From NCBI GenBank assembly GCA_038279365.1, contig JAYODI010000030.1:1-17458 (forward strand): a DNA stretch of 17,458 nucleotides, given 5' to 3'. Made by a program: the position numbers and the translations under genes. The notes under the pieces were generated by a model. That model did not search any database. It worked only from the letters and a program-made list of their open reading frames with translations, and was not told where the DNA came from. This document shows positions 15,006 to 17,458 of the stretch, piece by piece (position 1 is the first letter of the stretch; each line of letters starts with the position of its first letter). This DNA comes from Candidatus Latescibacterota bacterium. GTDB taxonomy: Bacteria; Latescibacterota; UBA2968.

Positions 15006-16631
15006 ATGCGTCATTTTTTTATTGTTCTCATCCTACTCAGTTTGTTTGCCTGCACCAACCCGCCCCAACAAGATGGCATGGTGCGCATCGGATGGCCCGG
15101 AAGCCCCGATGCACGCCACCCCGGCATTGCTGTTTTGTCACAAGCATACAGCATTTTTGCGCTGGTTTATGACACCCTCTATGCCCTCGAACTCGACGGG
15201 TCGTATGCACCCAGTTTGGTCACCAATAGCACCCAGTCACAAGACGGCACCACCTATACGTTCCACCTTCAACCCAACGCATCCTTTCACGACGGACAAC
15301 CCGTCACCGCACACGACGTGGCTTTTTCTCTCAGTTTCTACCACGACCATCCCGACTTTCCACTCTTATATGCCTACACACGCCAGTTTAAAAAAATAAC
15401 CGCCACCGACAATCACACCGTTGTGCTCGAACTCACCGAACCGGTACCCAACATCGAAAGCCAACTGGCCTTCCTCTTCATTCTACCCAAGCACATTTGG
15501 CAATCACACACCGAAGGCGAAAAGGCATTGCAATTTGACAACGCCAACATGATTGGCAGTGGACCATTCCGTTTGGTCGAATATGCACAAAATGCATTTG
15601 TTCACTTAGAACCCCATGCATCACATCCTTTGGCACCCAAAAACATTCATGGCGTTATTTTTCAAACCTTTGCCAACCAAGACGCCCTCGTACAAGCCAT
15701 TCGCACCGGCCAAGTAGACGCCATTACCGAAATGCCTTTCACCGCTTTTGAAGGCCTTAAAACACAAGCCAACATACAGGTCTTTTCAGGAACACCTTCA
15801 CAACCCGAAGTCACCGATATCATCATCAATCAGCTCGATCCCCAAAACGCCCCAGAAGGCAGCATCACCTCAGGTCACCCTGCTCTTCGTGATGTGCGCA
15901 TGCGCAAAGCCCTTGCCTTGGCCACCAACAAACAACGCCTCATAGACATCGTTTTATTGGGTCATGGCAGCTTGGGCAAAACGCTCATTCCCGATGGATT
16001 GGGACATTGGTTTAACAGCGAACTGACAGATTATCCCTTTGATCCCGAACAAGCCAAAGCACTTCTCGACGACGCCAATTATCAAGACACAGACGGCGAT
16101 GGCATTCGAGAAATGCCCAATGGTCAACCCCTTAACTTTCGTGTCAGTTGGCCCACAGACAGCACCATTTCTCCACGCATGGCCCGCATGTTGTCCGAAA
16201 TGTGGGCAGACATTGGCATAAGTACCCAGTTGCAAGCCGTTGACCCCGATGCCCTCACCGCACTGTGTTGCCCCGCCTTTGATTACGACATCATACTCTG
16301 GGGGTGGACCACCGCTTCAGATCCTGCATTTTTACTCGACATCATGACCTCCTATGGCATTCCCACAGGCACCAACGAAACAGGATATGCCGACCCCACC
16401 TACGATGCCAAGTATCAGCAACAAGCCATTGCGTTGGATGCTCAAAAACGCCAACAAATTGTGTGGGATATGCAACGCCAAGTACACGAGGCAGTAACGT
16501 ATATCATTCCCTTTTACCCTAAAGTTTTGCAAGCCTATCGTACCGACCGATTCTCGGGTTGGGTCACAAACACCCCCCGTTTGGGCATCGAAACCCCACG
16601 TTCACTTTCAGCACTCACACCACAACCTTAA
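15006..16631 (+). CDS. ABC transporter substrate-binding lipoprotein, family 5 (peptide/nickel, DppA/OppA-like)
   Basis: Lipobox LFAC; 'SQDGTTYTFHL...FHDGQPVTAHDVAFS', 'IGSGPF', 'DVRMRKALA' and 'FDPEQAKALLD'; GGAG RBS. Confidence 0.93.
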   Translation: MRHFFIVLILLSLFACTNPPQQDGMVRIGWPGSPDARHPGIAVLSQAYSIFALVYDTLYALELDGSYAPSLVTNSTQSQDGTTYTFHLQPNASFHDGQPVTAHDVAFSLSFYHDHPDFPLLYAYTRQFKKITATDNHTVVLELTEPVPNIESQLAFLFILPKHIWQSHTEGEKALQFDNANMIGSGPFRLVEYAQNAFVHLEPHASHPLAPKNIHGVIFQTFANQDALVQAIRTGQVDAITEMPFTAFEGLKTQANIQVFSGTPSQPEVTDIIINQLDPQNAPEGSITSGHPALRDVRMRKALALATNKQRLIDIVLLGHGSLGKTLIPDGLGHWFNSELTDYPFDPEQAKALLDDANYQDTDGDGIREMPNGQPLNFRVSWPTDSTISPRMARMLSEMWADIGISTQLQAVDPDALTALCCPAFDYDIILWGWTTASDPAFLLDIMTSYGIPTGTNETGYADPTYDAKYQQQAIALDAQKRQQIVWDMQRQVHEAVTYIIPFYPKVLQAYRTDRFSGWVTNTPRLGIETPRSLSALTPQP

Positions 16632-16634
16632 ACC

Positions 16635-17458
16635 ATGCGTGCCTTTTTTCACAAAACGGCGTGGGCATTTTTTACCATTGGTATTGTGCTCATATTCAAC
16701 TTTTTTCTCTTTCGCGTTTTACCCGGTGACCCGGCACGTGCAGGAGTGAAAGACCCCCGCATGAGCCCCGAAGCCCAAGCCGCCATTCGTGCGCGCTTTG
16801 GCCTCGACCGCCCCATCATCAATGGCATCACAGCCCTACATCCACTGCGTTTTGGAAGTTGGACAACCAACCCCTTAGACACGCAGTTTTTTTTGTACTT
16901 TCGCAACCTTGCTCACGGTGATTTGGGCATCAGCTACCACACCGGTCGCCCCGTTTCAGATGTGCTTCAAGAACGCCTTGGCAACACCATTTTACTTGTC
17001 GGTGCAGGGCAACTGGTCGCCATCTTCATCGGCCTATCACTCGGTGCATTGTCTGCGTGGAAAGCAGGCAAAACGCTCGACCGTGCCACATTCACATTGG
17101 GGCTTATCGGTTGGAGTTTGCCCACCTTTTGGTTGGGCATCATGCTGCTCTTTTGGGGCAGTACCCATTTCAACTTACCCGTAGGTGGCATGCAAACACC
17201 CGGATTTTCTCGCGCTAACATATGGACACAGTGGGCAGATGTTGGAAATCACTTACTCCTACCGACCCTGGCCCAAGCCATTGTCTATCTGGCCCAATAC
17301 CTCCTCATTGCCCGCAGTGCCATGCTCGACACCCTCTCCGAAGACTACATACGCACCGCCCGCGCCAAAGGCCTCAGTGCCACGCGCATATTGACCCACC
17401 ATGCCGCCCGTAATGCTGCGCTGCCCATCATCACCATGGTGGCCCTCAACTTAGGCTT
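16635..17458 (+). CDS. ABC transporter permease, DppB/OppB-like (partial, runs off the window)
   Basis: Not in the ORF track because it has no stop in the window; translated by hand as MRAFFHKTAWAFFTIGIVLIFNFFLFRVLPGDPA...FGLDRP...GDLGISY...LPTFWLG, with the EAA loop 'EDYIRTARAKGL...HAARNA'. Confidence 0.95.
   Translation, partial: MRAFFHKTAWAFFTIGIVLIFNFFLFRVLPGDPARAGVKDPRMSPEAQAAIRARFGLDRPIINGITALHPLRFGSWTTNPLDTQFFLYFRNLAHGDLGISYHTGRPVSDVLQERLGNTILLVGAGQLVAIFIGLSLGALSAWKAGKTLDRATFTLGLIGWSLPTFWLGIMLLFWGSTHFNLPVGGMQTPGFSRANIWTQWADVGNHLLLPTLAQAIVYLAQYLLIARSAMLDTLSEDYIRTARAKGLSATRILTHHAARNAALPIITMVALNLG

Noticed and set aside
14881-15399. His/Thr-rich ORF start (MTHVTHAHTH) as a his-type attenuator peptide
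   Set aside because: Its ATG lies in the predicted -10 box, it has no RBS, and it runs 172 codons out of frame into the binding-protein gene rather than stopping early.

Overview
Bacterial chromosomal window with no rRNA, tRNA, CRISPR array or transposase detected. The gene mix (CocE/NonD hydrolase, PhyH-family dioxygenases, BNR sialidase, small toxin-antitoxin genes) resembles uncultured Latescibacterota-like genomes, but that is inference only. In order: a partial small antitoxin-like gene (-), a CocE/NonD hydrolase, a UPF0175/DUF3368(PIN) toxin-antitoxin pair abutting proS, a RidA-family gene, a secreted ankyrin protein (-), a coupled REC-HD-GYP plus highly degenerate HD-GYP pair (-) behind a sigma54-like promoter, a canonical PhyH dioxygenase, a 396-aa protein ending in a FrpC-type Asp-Pro self-processing module behind a structured leader, a second PhyH-like enzyme with a halogenase-type HxG motif, a GH33-like sialidase, two headless gene remnants, and the start of a peptide/nickel-type ABC transporter operon. 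The strongest leads are the stand-alone self-processing ('clip-and-link') protein with its twin-GUGGG-loop leader, the HRG-motif halogenase candidate, and the HD-GYP/pseudo-HD-GYP pair.
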